DNA of 64,000 nt from a virus (taxonomy: Duplodnaviria > Caudoviricetes): the IMG/VR virus record IMGVR_UViG_2894625894_000003, positions 87,535-151,534 of that record. The stretch is one strand, 5' to 3'. This document shows, piece by piece, positions 48,705-57,278 of this stretch (position 1 is the first letter of the stretch; the number at the start of each line of letters is the position of its first letter). The translations under genes were made by a program, and so were the position numbers. Below the pieces are notes generated by a model that did not search any database, had not been told where the DNA came from, and was given only the letters and a program-made list of their open reading frames with translations.

Positions 48705-49144
48705 AATCTCCAATAAACCATTATTCACCAACTGTACGGAGCTGGCTCTACTGGAATCGGATTTCTAGGTTACTGGTCGAGATAGACGAACTAGACCGCC
48801 AGAAAGCTGAACTCCTTACGATTGGCCCTGCTGTCAAGCAGAACAATGCCCGCTGGGTTACGGCTCTTCAATTAGTATCCACTAACCTCGTGGATCTACC
48901 AGGAAATCATTCATTTCAACAGGCATGGAACGGAATAAGAGGCCACGTATCGATAGGCGAATACACTCCCTACAAGACCTATCAACAATCATTAGACCGG
49001 ATCAACCGGTTGAAGTCGAAAAAGTCGTCCAAAATCGAGCGATACAGACGATTCCTCAAGTCAATCCAAAATCCGATCTCCGTAGTCCCAACGCCGACAT
49101 CTGCCGGGTCGACCTCGGGCGAACGTACTGGAAACGGTGGTTAG
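48701..49144 (+). CDS. Hypothetical protein
   Basis: ATGA-coupled. Confidence 0.5.
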   Translation: MKSPINHYSPTVRSWLYWNRISRLLVEIDELDRQKAELLTIGPAVKQNNARWVTALQLVSTNLVDLPGNHSFQQAWNGIRGHVSIGEYTPYKTYQQSLDRINRLKSKKSSKIERYRRFLKSIQNPISVVPTPTSAGSTSGERTGNGG

Positions 49145-49285
49145 AGTCGAAAGGATTTATCTACCTCTATACATTAACATCCACTCGATTCTGTGGCCGG
49201 CCCTACGACGTATATGAGGCACCGTCAGGAGTCCGGGTATTTGAAGTGATGACCAATTTGTACTGGGATCGAACCACTTTATGCG

Positions 49286-49597
49286 ATGTTAAAGCTGCTT
49301 GATACACTGGAGGAATTTCTGATTCATTGTCAGGAGAATCAAATCAATCCTCGGTATGCCCTATACTGTTTGAATCAGGGTATAGAGGATCCAGAAAACA
49401 TGAAACGGATAGACCAGAAACGTTATCTGGGTGGCCACATGCTGGGTTATATCCTGTGGAACTCAGCCCGCGTTTCAAACTGGCAGTGCACCTTCCCGGA
49501 AAAGGATCGGTATTTACATCAGGTAAATACTATGCCCGAACAATACAACAAATGGCTTTATGACTATGTGGGAAACAACAAACGAGAAACCATCTGA
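49286..49597 (+). CDS. Hypothetical protein
   Basis: INPRY..Y, GG.M.GYI.W phage-type motif. Confidence 0.55.
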   Translation: MLKLLDTLEEFLIHCQENQINPRYALYCLNQGIEDPENMKRIDQKRYLGGHMLGYILWNSARVSNWQCTFPEKDRYLHQVNTMPEQYNKWLYDYVGNNKRETI

Positions 49598-49988
49598 ACG
49601 GATACAATTTGCCCTTGATGCCTTAATTAAGGCCGAACAACCGGGTAGTTGTGTCACCCCTCGTATGGGTACCTGGTTTTACACTCCAGATGATTCGAAT
49701 CATTGCTTTGCCTGTCTAGGTGGAATGGCCGCCCTAGAAAAAACTGGTTTAACTGTTCAGGAACATGTTCGGTTTAGGGAACAGTTTTACAATGAGCTGC
49801 ATGTATATGAAGATACTTTGGATGATGCCCGAGATGGAAACCTAGAGGAAATGTTCGCTAAAATGGGATTATCCCGAAAAATTGGGGTAAAATTCGACCG
49901 CGAATTGGTCCAATATTGGGAGGATCCAGAGCAATTTAAGACCGATCTTCGGACACTCATTTCAGATCTCCAGTCTGCTGGTTATTAA
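49560..49988 (+). CDS. Hypothetical protein
   Basis: M.TW...CFACLGG motif. Confidence 0.55.
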   Translation: MTMWETTNEKPSERIQFALDALIKAEQPGSCVTPRMGTWFYTPDDSNHCFACLGGMAALEKTGLTVQEHVRFREQFYNELHVYEDTLDDARDGNLEEMFAKMGLSRKIGVKFDRELVQYWEDPEQFKTDLRTLISDLQSAGY

Positions 49989-49990
49989 TT

Positions 49991-50218
49991 ATGTATAAAC
50001 TAACACCGGCAGATTTCGAGTTACTTCACGAGCACGTAATAACGGTAACCCTGAACTGGATACTAATCCAGGATAAGGCCCTACCGTTTCCTACTGCCGA
50101 TTACTTTAGCCATCTAATGGGGTCAAATTGGAGGAATCGAAACCTGGACATCATTGCCCGGGAGTTTTTCAAAAAATATATCCCTGGATTTGATCAATCA
50201 ATCCTCATAAAGTCGTGA
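49991..50218 (+). CDS. Hypothetical protein
   Basis: Operon ORF. Confidence 0.45.
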   Translation: MYKLTPADFELLHEHVITVTLNWILIQDKALPFPTADYFSHLMGSNWRNRNLDIIAREFFKKYIPGFDQSILIKS

Positions 50219-50408
50219 TTGTAACCCATATTAAACGGGATGGGGCCTTCTTATGTAAGATGGATAAATCACCCCTTTTTAATCTTGTTGCTCGATTCCA
50301 CCGGGCTATTACCTGGACAACCGCACTACACCGGTCCTCACTGAAGGATTGCTGTCCATCATGCGTAGGAATACTGACTGATCGGATGGAACGAGTAAAA
50401 CAAAATCA

Positions 50409-50702
50409 ATGAACATTCATCCAATTCCGGGCTGGAATACCATGCCCACCAGCCAGCAGGAAATGACCTTTGTGGAAGAGGTCAACAAAGCCTTGGCCCC
50501 TATGGAATGGGCCATGTCAACCTGGATGAAATCCGGGAATGAAAACCTGACCTACTGTGCCTACATGATTCTGCAGGCCCTGGAAGAGTCCGGTTACTGT
50601 CTAACCAAATTACCCCCATCCCATGAAACTGTTCCTATTACCACTCCTGCTGATTCTGTTCAGTCTGCCCACATTTGCCCAAACCAAAATTCAGTGGGGT
50701 AA
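50409..50702 (+). CDS. Hypothetical protein
   Basis: Operon ORF. Confidence 0.45.
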   Translation: MNIHPIPGWNTMPTSQQEMTFVEEVNKALAPMEWAMSTWMKSGNENLTYCAYMILQALEESGYCLTKLPPSHETVPITTPADSVQSAHICPNQNSVG

Positions 50703-51138
50703 ACAATCGGATACGTTGTTTTTGCCTGGCCGAGGTGATTACCACACACCAGCTCCCCTAAACTGGCCAACTACCCCTCTGGGTATGGCGCCTGACACAG
50801 CCAGGGAACTCGGGGTTGATTACAACGAGCACGAGCCACTACTGATCTATTCCGACAAGGATGTTAGCTGGGATCCAAAACTATTCCAAAATGAGAAAAA
50901 GAGGCAGGCTACTATCAATTTAAAGGGCTCAATTATTACCCGAAGAGCTGCTGAACGGGCGAGCGAAGAGGCCGAACTACTATTTCGACTGGTAATGGAC
51001 CAGTTAATGGACCGATTACCTGTACTTGAGCGGGATACACTGGAAACATTGGTCCAGGATCTGTATAACAAAACCAAACAACAGGCCTTACTGATCAAGA
51101 TACAATACAATCTTATCCGGCTGTACGAATCCAAATGA
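50623..51138 (+). CDS. Exported protein
   Basis: Signal peptide MKLFLLPLLLILFSLPTFA-Q. Confidence 0.6.
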   Translation: MKLFLLPLLLILFSLPTFAQTKIQWGKQSDTLFLPGRGDYHTPAPLNWPTTPLGMAPDTARELGVDYNEHEPLLIYSDKDVSWDPKLFQNEKKRQATINLKGSIITRRAAERASEEAELLFRLVMDQLMDRLPVLERDTLETLVQDLYNKTKQQALLIKIQYNLIRLYESK

Positions 51139-51139
51139 A

Positions 51140-51385
51140 ATGAAAGCACAATTCATCCAAGAGGTAACAGTAATGGACCCTGATTCAAATCTACCGGTCG
51201 AAATAACAATCTATAAAGAACAGGCCGGGGGTATGTTTGGGGTGGACAGCTCCTACCTAACTGATACTGATGACCCAGTTCATTCTCCGTTTGGTAATGG
51301 CATCCTGGACATGGACCGACTTGCTCAAAATAATGCTCGACTTCCAGGGAATGGAGGAAGAATCCAAATTGGGGACAATGGGTAA
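51140..51385 (+). CDS. Hypothetical protein
   Basis: GGMFGVDSSYL motif. Confidence 0.55.
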   Translation: MKAQFIQEVTVMDPDSNLPVEITIYKEQAGGMFGVDSSYLTDTDDPVHSPFGNGILDMDRLAQNNARLPGNGGRIQIGDNG

Positions 51386-51559
51386 GAAAATACGCGAAGT
51401 TCCAGTGGAATCTGATCCATCCCGGGTTCCAGTGGATGGTATAGAGCTGGGAAATTTCCAGTTCACCCTCATGGAGGATGGATCCATAAAAGCTATCAAA
51501 ACAAAAGGGCGTGAACCCGTATCGATTCGGCCCCATTCGGACAACTCCTTCACAATAAA

Positions 51560-51820
51560 ATGAAAATATTCCCCGGACAGAAAGTTATTCAGTCACATCC
51601 AGACTTCCCCGAAACAGTGGTAGCCTGGGCTAATAAGTTTATCTACAACCTCCACGTTTGTGCTCAGGGGGATGGCTTCGGTCCTATTGTTGCCAGGAGT
51701 TATCTGGCATCCATGGACAAATTCCCTGATTCAGTCCTGCTGAAGGAAGCCCAAAAGGGCATGGTGACTAACCCGGAGGCCTACGTAGACCTGGTTGCTA
51801 AATCTGTACATGACAAATGA
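51560..51820 (+). CDS. Hypothetical protein
   Basis: ATGA-coupled. Confidence 0.5.
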   Translation: MKIFPGQKVIQSHPDFPETVVAWANKFIYNLHVCAQGDGFGPIVARSYLASMDKFPDSVLLKEAQKGMVTNPEAYVDLVAKSVHDK

Positions 51821-52167
51821 AAATCGAAAGAACATTTCGGGCTACCATCCATGTAGGATTGCAGGAGGGATACGATCAGTACAGGATCCATGATCTGGAA
51901 GAAGTGTACCAAATCTGCCAGGAATTTGTCAAAGAAACCCCCAGTTGTGTATCGGTAACACCTACCCAGTATGTTTATGTGGATGGGCAGGAACCAGGAG
52001 CCATTGTGGAATTCATTCAGTATCCTCGGTTCCCAACCGACGAGAATATGATACTCCACCGGGCACTAACGCTGGCCCATCTGTTAATGGAACGATTCAA
52101 ACAACAAAAGGTCTGTGTCATCACACCCACATTTACCTATATGATCACCCCGGATTATGAGTTCTAA
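51817..52167 (+). CDS. Conserved-looking phage protein
   Basis: VGL.EGY, VTPT.YVY..G.EPG, YPRFP motifs. Confidence 0.6.
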   Translation: MKIERTFRATIHVGLQEGYDQYRIHDLEEVYQICQEFVKETPSCVSVTPTQYVYVDGQEPGAIVEFIQYPRFPTDENMILHRALTLAHLLMERFKQQKVCVITPTFTYMITPDYEF

Positions 52168-52546
52168 CCCAGTAAAGTTCAAAATCGAAAAAACTGACAG
52201 GCCCTATGTTCTGAAGATTGACGGGGACTGGTGTAAGATTGTCGAGGAAAACGGTATCGTTCAGATTCAAAATGGGTCGGTAGGTTTGGGATTCTCAGCC
52301 CATCCCAATATCGACAAAACCGGATCAGTGGAGTGCATGAAAGCCCTGGGCCGGTGGGGTAAACATGATCGGATCAAGCTGGCTCATGGGTTTTACTTCA
52401 ACAAAACCCGGGTTGTCATTACTCATAAGCTGGACTTGCTGGCTTATATGATCCAAACGGGACAGTTCGATCCGGTTGTATTTACAGCTGATTCCGAAGG
52501 TTGTGTTTCCATCCCCTATCCAGCGAAACTTCCCCGGTATATTTAG
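52157..52546 (+). CDS. Hypothetical protein
   Basis: HPNID.TGSV..MK..G.WG motif. Confidence 0.55.
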   Translation: MSSNPVKFKIEKTDRPYVLKIDGDWCKIVEENGIVQIQNGSVGLGFSAHPNIDKTGSVECMKALGRWGKHDRIKLAHGFYFNKTRVVITHKLDLLAYMIQTGQFDPVVFTADSEGCVSIPYPAKLPRYI

Positions 52547-52814
52547 TATGATAAGTATAAGTATGTACCAGCAAACCAGGAGTGGGCACGAAGTTCAGAT
52601 CAAAAGCCAAGAAACCTGGAGAAATGGGGACTATGTAGGCATGTACAGACTCAAAAAGCCACTTGATCCCAATCGATCCTGGGTAAGCACCCGCTGGACT
52701 AAAGACGGTATTTATCTGGGGAGTAACAATCCGGAACTGAATCTTAAGCTGCCGCTTCTACAGTAAAATTAAGGATGCTGTGTCTTAAATCTGTTTATAT
52801 CAAATAGATAGACC

Positions 52815-53069
52815 ATGCCAAATTATCAGAGTATTGAACACCGACTATCAATTGACTTCCCTGGATACCACCTGGCCCACTTGGATGATGATCAATTACC
52901 ACCACAATCTCCTAATCCCTTAAATCCAGAGCAGCCTTTTACCCGGATTTTAGATATTGGAGAAGATGTGGTTCGAATCAAAGTCTATGAGGAAACCAAT
53001 AAGGGGCAGATGGCCAAACAGGTTTCCTGGTGTGTGGTAACTGAATACCCACCTAAACCAACTATATAA
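52815..53069 (+). CDS. Hypothetical protein
   Basis: Co-oriented ORF. Confidence 0.45.
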   Translation: MPNYQSIEHRLSIDFPGYHLAHLDDDQLPPQSPNPLNPEQPFTRILDIGEDVVRIKVYEETNKGQMAKQVSWCVVTEYPPKPTI

Positions 53070-53145
53070 TGTTTGAATGTTTTTGTAAAGGCGAACTAAC
53101 TTCGACATATGGAAGTTTGGCCCAATGATTAACTTGTAAACATTT

Positions 53146-53475
53146 ATGCTCAAGTCTTCCCCTATATACGATCGATTATATCCTCAATTTGAAGCAGGCA
53201 CCGGTGATTTAGAAGAATTACACGAATCTGCTCGTCTGGTTACAAACAAAGTTTTGGACACATTAGGGATTAAACCAGAAGAACGTCAAATGGAAGTGAC
53301 GTTACCTAATCCCGGTGGGGAGAAACCTGTTGATCTTCTAATTACGGAAAACGGAATGGGAGTATGTTCCAGTACAACGGATCCAGAATTTTATGTTTGG
53401 TCAGAGATTGATCCATCATTAATTCTGGAACTAATTCGGGTATTGGAAACAGGGTATATAACTCACAATAACTAA
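53146..53475 (+). CDS. Hypothetical protein
   Basis: Co-oriented ORF. Confidence 0.5.
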   Translation: MLKSSPIYDRLYPQFEAGTGDLEELHESARLVTNKVLDTLGIKPEERQMEVTLPNPGGEKPVDLLITENGMGVCSSTTDPEFYVWSEIDPSLILELIRVLETGYITHNN

Positions 53476-53480
53476 TATCA

Positions 53481-53774
53481 ATGGATGTAATCTGTATCAA
53501 TGGGAAGTTTGAACCAGAACAGGTTCGAATGTACCGTGAACATGGAGTAGTTACCCCTGAACAGGACAAGCTCTACACAATTCGGAAACACAAACGGCAC
53601 AGCAATGGCCAGGTAGGCCTCTGGTTAGAGGAGCTCGTGAATCCACCGGTCCCACAAGGGGTCATGGGTATTGAGGCAATGATGGAGCCGAGTTGGAACA
53701 TCAACCGGTTCGCTACGTTAGCCGGTCAACCGATTAAGGTTAAGGAACTCGAATTGGTTGATACACTGGAATAA
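53481..53774 (+). CDS. Conserved-looking phage protein
   Basis: V.CIN, YTIR, GL.LEE..NP, EP.W...RF motifs. Confidence 0.6.
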   Translation: MDVICINGKFEPEQVRMYREHGVVTPEQDKLYTIRKHKRHSNGQVGLWLEELVNPPVPQGVMGIEAMMEPSWNINRFATLAGQPIKVKELELVDTLE

Positions 53775-53782
53775 CTCACATG

Positions 53783-53820
53783 AAAAATCCCCGACTGGTT
53801 AATCCAGCCGGGGATTTGTT
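53783..53820. terminator. Bidirectional terminator between early genes and integrase
   Basis: AAAAATCCCCG...CGGGGATTTGTT. Confidence 0.75.
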
Positions 53821-53822
53821 AT

Positions 53823-55157
53823 TTAGCCGGCTTTCCGGACCTCGTTACTTTTTCGGAGTGTTTCCGTCTGACGTAATGTAACCTCCTCCTCGGGCTCGAT
53901 CCTTCTCAGGTTGGTCCCTGGGATGATCAGGGCCTGGGAAGCGTTGTCGAGAGTTTGTTGTGGGAACTGCCGTAGGTATATCCGGGTCGTCTCTTCTGAT
54001 TCATGGCCCAGTAATTCTGAAATAACCGTAGTAGAGGCCCCCGAGTTTTTCATAGCCATGGCAAAACTATGCCGGGCAACGTACAGAGTCAGATACTCCC
54101 CTATTTCGGCTTCCTTGGCCACCAGTCTGAGTCCTTGATTCCACTGCCGGCAAATCCGTTCAATCCTCCAATTAATCTGCTGCGGTAGTACATGAACCTG
54201 GGAATGGAGAATGGGCCACACGTATTTATTTCGGGGAGGTCGACGACCCTGATAAAACTCCCAGATCTTAATGGCTGGTTCCAGCATCTTGATGTCGAAG
54301 TAGTGGCCGGTTTTCTTCCGGGTATACCGGAGCCTCACTTCCCCGCTCTCTAGGTAATGCATATTCTCGGTTGTCAGGTTGGCTACGTCCACCAGGTTGA
54401 TTCCCCGGCAGTAGTAACTGAACAGGAAAAACTGCTGGGCATGAAACCGGTCCGACATAGCCGGTAGTTCGATCCGGGCAATTTTCAAAACATCCTCCTG
54501 GGTGATTGATTTCTTGGGTGTCTCAATTTTCCTATATTTTGTCAGAGGGAATTCCTCGAACGGATTATAGGACTTTTTCACGACACCCTCCGTCCGGGCA
54601 TAGCCCACCAGAACACGCAGAGTTCGAAAGTACAATGAAATACTGGTCTTCTTTAAACCCTTACCCTGCATGGCACTCTCCCACTTTAAGAGAAAGCTCG
54701 GACCCAGTTCGACAAACTCAAATTCCTTCTTACCCATCATCGACACCAGGTGATTCCTTGTGTCCTTAAACGTAGCGGCATACCCTACCCGACCGGCTTG
54801 TTTTAACCGATCAATCGTCTCGTCGAAAAACTCAATGACCCCCTTCTCGGATTTCGGCTTGTTAATCCCCGCCTGCAGGACCTCTTCCATCGAGAAGGTT
54901 TTGGTCTCCTCGACGGCATTGAGCATTTCCTTCCGGGCATTGGTCTCCTTCTCGTCGCACATCTTGAGCAACTGACCATACAACGGATGGGACTTCTTGG
55001 GACGGCTGGTTTTATCATCCCACTGGCTGTCGGCACACGAAAATCCCAGGCCGGCATACGACTGTTTTTTGCCTTTGGTGACCCGGAGCATAACCGGATG
55101 TTCCCCGTTCTTGAGTGTCTTGGAACGGAACAAAACAACTTTTACTGACCCTACCAT
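53823..55157 (-). CDS. int: Prophage tyrosine integrase (Bacteroidota type: arm-binding, SAM-like, catalytic)
   Basis: G.HPVMLRVT arm domain; FLFSYY.RGIN..D, YVARHSFA, LGH....TT.IY. Confidence 0.92.
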   Translation of the reverse strand: MVGSVKVVLFRSKTLKNGEHPVMLRVTKGKKQSYAGLGFSCADSQWDDKTSRPKKSHPLYGQLLKMCDEKETNARKEMLNAVEETKTFSMEEVLQAGINKPKSEKGVIEFFDETIDRLKQAGRVGYAATFKDTRNHLVSMMGKKEFEFVELGPSFLLKWESAMQGKGLKKTSISLYFRTLRVLVGYARTEGVVKKSYNPFEEFPLTKYRKIETPKKSITQEDVLKIARIELPAMSDRFHAQQFFLFSYYCRGINLVDVANLTTENMHYLESGEVRLRYTRKKTGHYFDIKMLEPAIKIWEFYQGRRPPRNKYVWPILHSQVHVLPQQINWRIERICRQWNQGLRLVAKEAEIGEYLTLYVARHSFAMAMKNSGASTTVISELLGHESEETTRIYLRQFPQQTLDNASQALIIPGTNLRRIEPEEEVTLRQTETLRKSNEVRKAG

Positions 55158-55170
55158 AGCGTAGCTTGAC

Positions 55171-55272
55171 TGGTTTTTACTACTTTTGGTTTATAAATGG
55201 TTTATACCAGCTACCCGGTAATCGGTAGAAACCGAACGCCAGGGTACATAAACCGGCTATAAGCTATTGATT
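55171..55272. promoter_or_regulatory. att-arm region: tandem TGGTTTATA repeats, CTACC-N8-GGTAG box, IHF-like site, possible tRNA promoter
   Basis: TGGTTTATA at 55188 and 55198, inverted CATAAACC near 55247; CTACC box 55211-55228; TAAGCTATTGATT 55260-55272; TACTTTTG 55181. Confidence 0.6.
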
Positions 55273-55290
55273 TACAGGGCCAACGCGAAA

Positions 55291-55364
55291 GCATTCGTAG
55301 CTCAATTGGATAGAGCACCTGACTACGGATCAGGAGGTTTGGGGTTCGAATCCCTACGAGTGCA
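55291..55364 (+). tRNA. tRNA-Arg (anticodon ACG)
   Basis: GCATTCG/CGAGTGC acceptor stem, D-arm, CCTGA-CTACGGA-TCAGG anticodon arm, GGTTCGAATCC T-arm; CCA not encoded. Confidence 0.97.
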
Positions 55365-55372
55365 CTAGAAAG

Positions 55373-55414
55373 AAAAAAAACCCTCAAAATATCTCATTTT
55401 GAGGGTTTTTTTTT
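55373..55414 (+). terminator. Terminator after tRNA
   Basis: A8-CCCTCAAAAT...ATTTTGAGGG-T9. Confidence 0.85.
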
Positions 55415-55478
55415 CGGCAAAAACTAAAATGTGACTTATGATCACATACCTACCAACTCAGAATAACCACCCATAACC

Positions 55479-56354
55479 ATGAACAAAGAACAGATTTTAG
55501 TAGCCCTTCAAAAAGAAGTCAAAGAATACAATAATATCGTAGCAACTGAAAAGGGAGATTGGATCGTTAAAGGCTTTATAGATATACACCAAAAAATATA
55601 CACTATATCTGTTGATACTAAAGTCGTATCAAAAGTTTTAGAGCTTTTGTTAATTCCTGCGTTTGAAAACTTCGCACAAAAAAATAACTTATTACTCGAA
55701 TTACCCCCACAACAAAATTTCTATCCAGATATAACTTTAATCTCAAAAGATTCAGGAGAGAAATTTGCGATAGATATAAAAAGTACTTTCAAAGATTCAG
55801 ATAATCGAATTAAAAGTATGACGTTAGGGGCTTTCACTGGATATTTTCGAAATAGAGAAAGTACAAAAAATACTTTATATCCATATGGTTCTTATTCTGG
55901 CCACTTTGTTTTAGGTGTAATTTACTCTCAAAATAAAGTTAACCTTAATGAAAAAACAGTTTATAGTATAAACGAACTAGACAAGATAGAATCGGTAATC
56001 AGGGATTTCTACTTTTTCGTTCAACCTAAGTATAAAATAGCTTCAGCTAGCCCTGGAAGTGGCAATACAAAAAATATTGGGTCAACCAATAATATATCGG
56101 CGCTTATTAATGGCCAAGGTGTGTTTTCTGAATTAGGTGAAGACATATATAATGACTATTGGATGTATTATTTAACCAATGATATGGCTAAAGCGTTAGA
56201 CATTCCAAGGCCATATATAAATCTTAAAACTTACCTTGCTTATAAGAAACGTGGGATTGATGTTTTATCTAAACACGAAGAAGAAATAAAGCAACTAAAT
56301 GAAGAAGAGGAAGCTTCGGGCGAAATCGATAAAATAATTGAAGATGAAGATTAA
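55479..56354 (+). CDS. Type II restriction endonuclease, EcoRV family (probably GATATC)
   Basis: DTKVVSK..EL, QNFYPD...AIDIKST, PGSGNTKNIGS (cf. EcoRV GSGNTTNIGS recognition loop). Confidence 0.92.
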   Translation: MNKEQILVALQKEVKEYNNIVATEKGDWIVKGFIDIHQKIYTISVDTKVVSKVLELLLIPAFENFAQKNNLLLELPPQQNFYPDITLISKDSGEKFAIDIKSTFKDSDNRIKSMTLGAFTGYFRNRESTKNTLYPYGSYSGHFVLGVIYSQNKVNLNEKTVYSINELDKIESVIRDFYFFVQPKYKIASASPGSGNTKNIGSTNNISALINGQGVFSELGEDIYNDYWMYYLTNDMAKALDIPRPYINLKTYLAYKKRGIDVLSKHEEEIKQLNEEEEASGEIDKIIEDED

Positions 56355-57264
56355 TAAAATAATTGTACCTCCAATAAAAAGCCAAGGTATCAAAACTAAG
56401 CTAGTCCCTTGGATAATGGATATTGTCAAAATTGCAAATCCTAAAGGAAAATGGATCGAACCCTTTTTCGGCACAGGTGTAGTTGGGTTTAATTCAGGAT
56501 TTAAGGAAGCTATTTTGAATGATATTAACCCTCATATTATTCAATTTTATCGATTAGTTCAGTCAGGGGATATTACACCTCAGATAGTAAAAAAATTCCT
56601 GGAAGAAGAGGGCACTAAACTTTCTAAATCAGGGGACGAAGGCTATGAATATTTTAGATTTGTCCGTGATCGCTTTAATGAATCTTTTAACCCATTAGAT
56701 TTATTATTCCTTTCTCGAACAGGATTTAATGGTATGATGCGTTTTAGCAAAAAAGGCAAGTGGAATATTCCTTTTTGTAAAAAGCCAAATCGTTTTGCTC
56801 AAGCTTATGTTACAAAAATCACCAATCAAGTATCAAATATAAGTAAAGTAATTTGTGACGATTGGATATTTATGAATAAAGGTTTTGAGGAAATAATACC
56901 GCTAGCTAAAGAAGGTGACATAATTTATTGCGATCCTCCTTACTACGGAAGGTATGTAGACTATTACAATGGTTGGGATGAAAAAGACGAAGAATTATTG
57001 TTTACATTATTGAAAGAAACTAAGGCAAAGTTTATACTATCGACTTGGCATCACAATGATTGGAGAGAGAATGATATGGTTAAAAAGTTTTGGTCTGAGT
57101 TCAACATAGTGACTAAAGATCATTTTTATCATTCTGGTGCTAGTATAGAAAATAGAAAAACTGTTGTAGAAGCTCTTGTGTGCAATTTCGACATTCAAAA
57201 AATAAGTACCCATAATCATTCATCTTCTAAGAAAAACTCAGCTCAGTTGCAGATTCCTTTATAA
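56344..57264 (+). CDS. N6-adenine methyltransferase, M.EcoRV-like (Dam family)
   Basis: VPPIKSQGIKTKLVP, EPFFGTG, FCKKPNRFAQAY, DPPY, STWHHND, HFYH. Confidence 0.95.
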   Translation: MKINKIIVPPIKSQGIKTKLVPWIMDIVKIANPKGKWIEPFFGTGVVGFNSGFKEAILNDINPHIIQFYRLVQSGDITPQIVKKFLEEEGTKLSKSGDEGYEYFRFVRDRFNESFNPLDLLFLSRTGFNGMMRFSKKGKWNIPFCKKPNRFAQAYVTKITNQVSNISKVICDDWIFMNKGFEEIIPLAKEGDIIYCDPPYYGRYVDYYNGWDEKDEELLFTLLKETKAKFILSTWHHNDWRENDMVKKFWSEFNIVTKDHFYHSGASIENRKTVVEALVCNFDIQKISTHNHSSSKKNSAQLQIPL

Positions 57265-57278
57265 TGTCTTAATAAACT

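Larger units (their letters stand above)
1..55290. mobile_element. crAss-like (Crassvirales-related) prophage, right part; left end outside window
   Basis: TerL-portal-scaffold-MCP-ring-IHF-muzzle gene order typical of crAss-like phages, divergent small early genes, and a tyrosine integrase abutting a tRNA. Confidence 0.85.

Noticed and set aside
53823-55157. Integrase as a tail-fibre invertase
   Set aside because: It has an arm-binding domain and sits beside a tRNA with arm/IHF-like sites, far from the fibre genes
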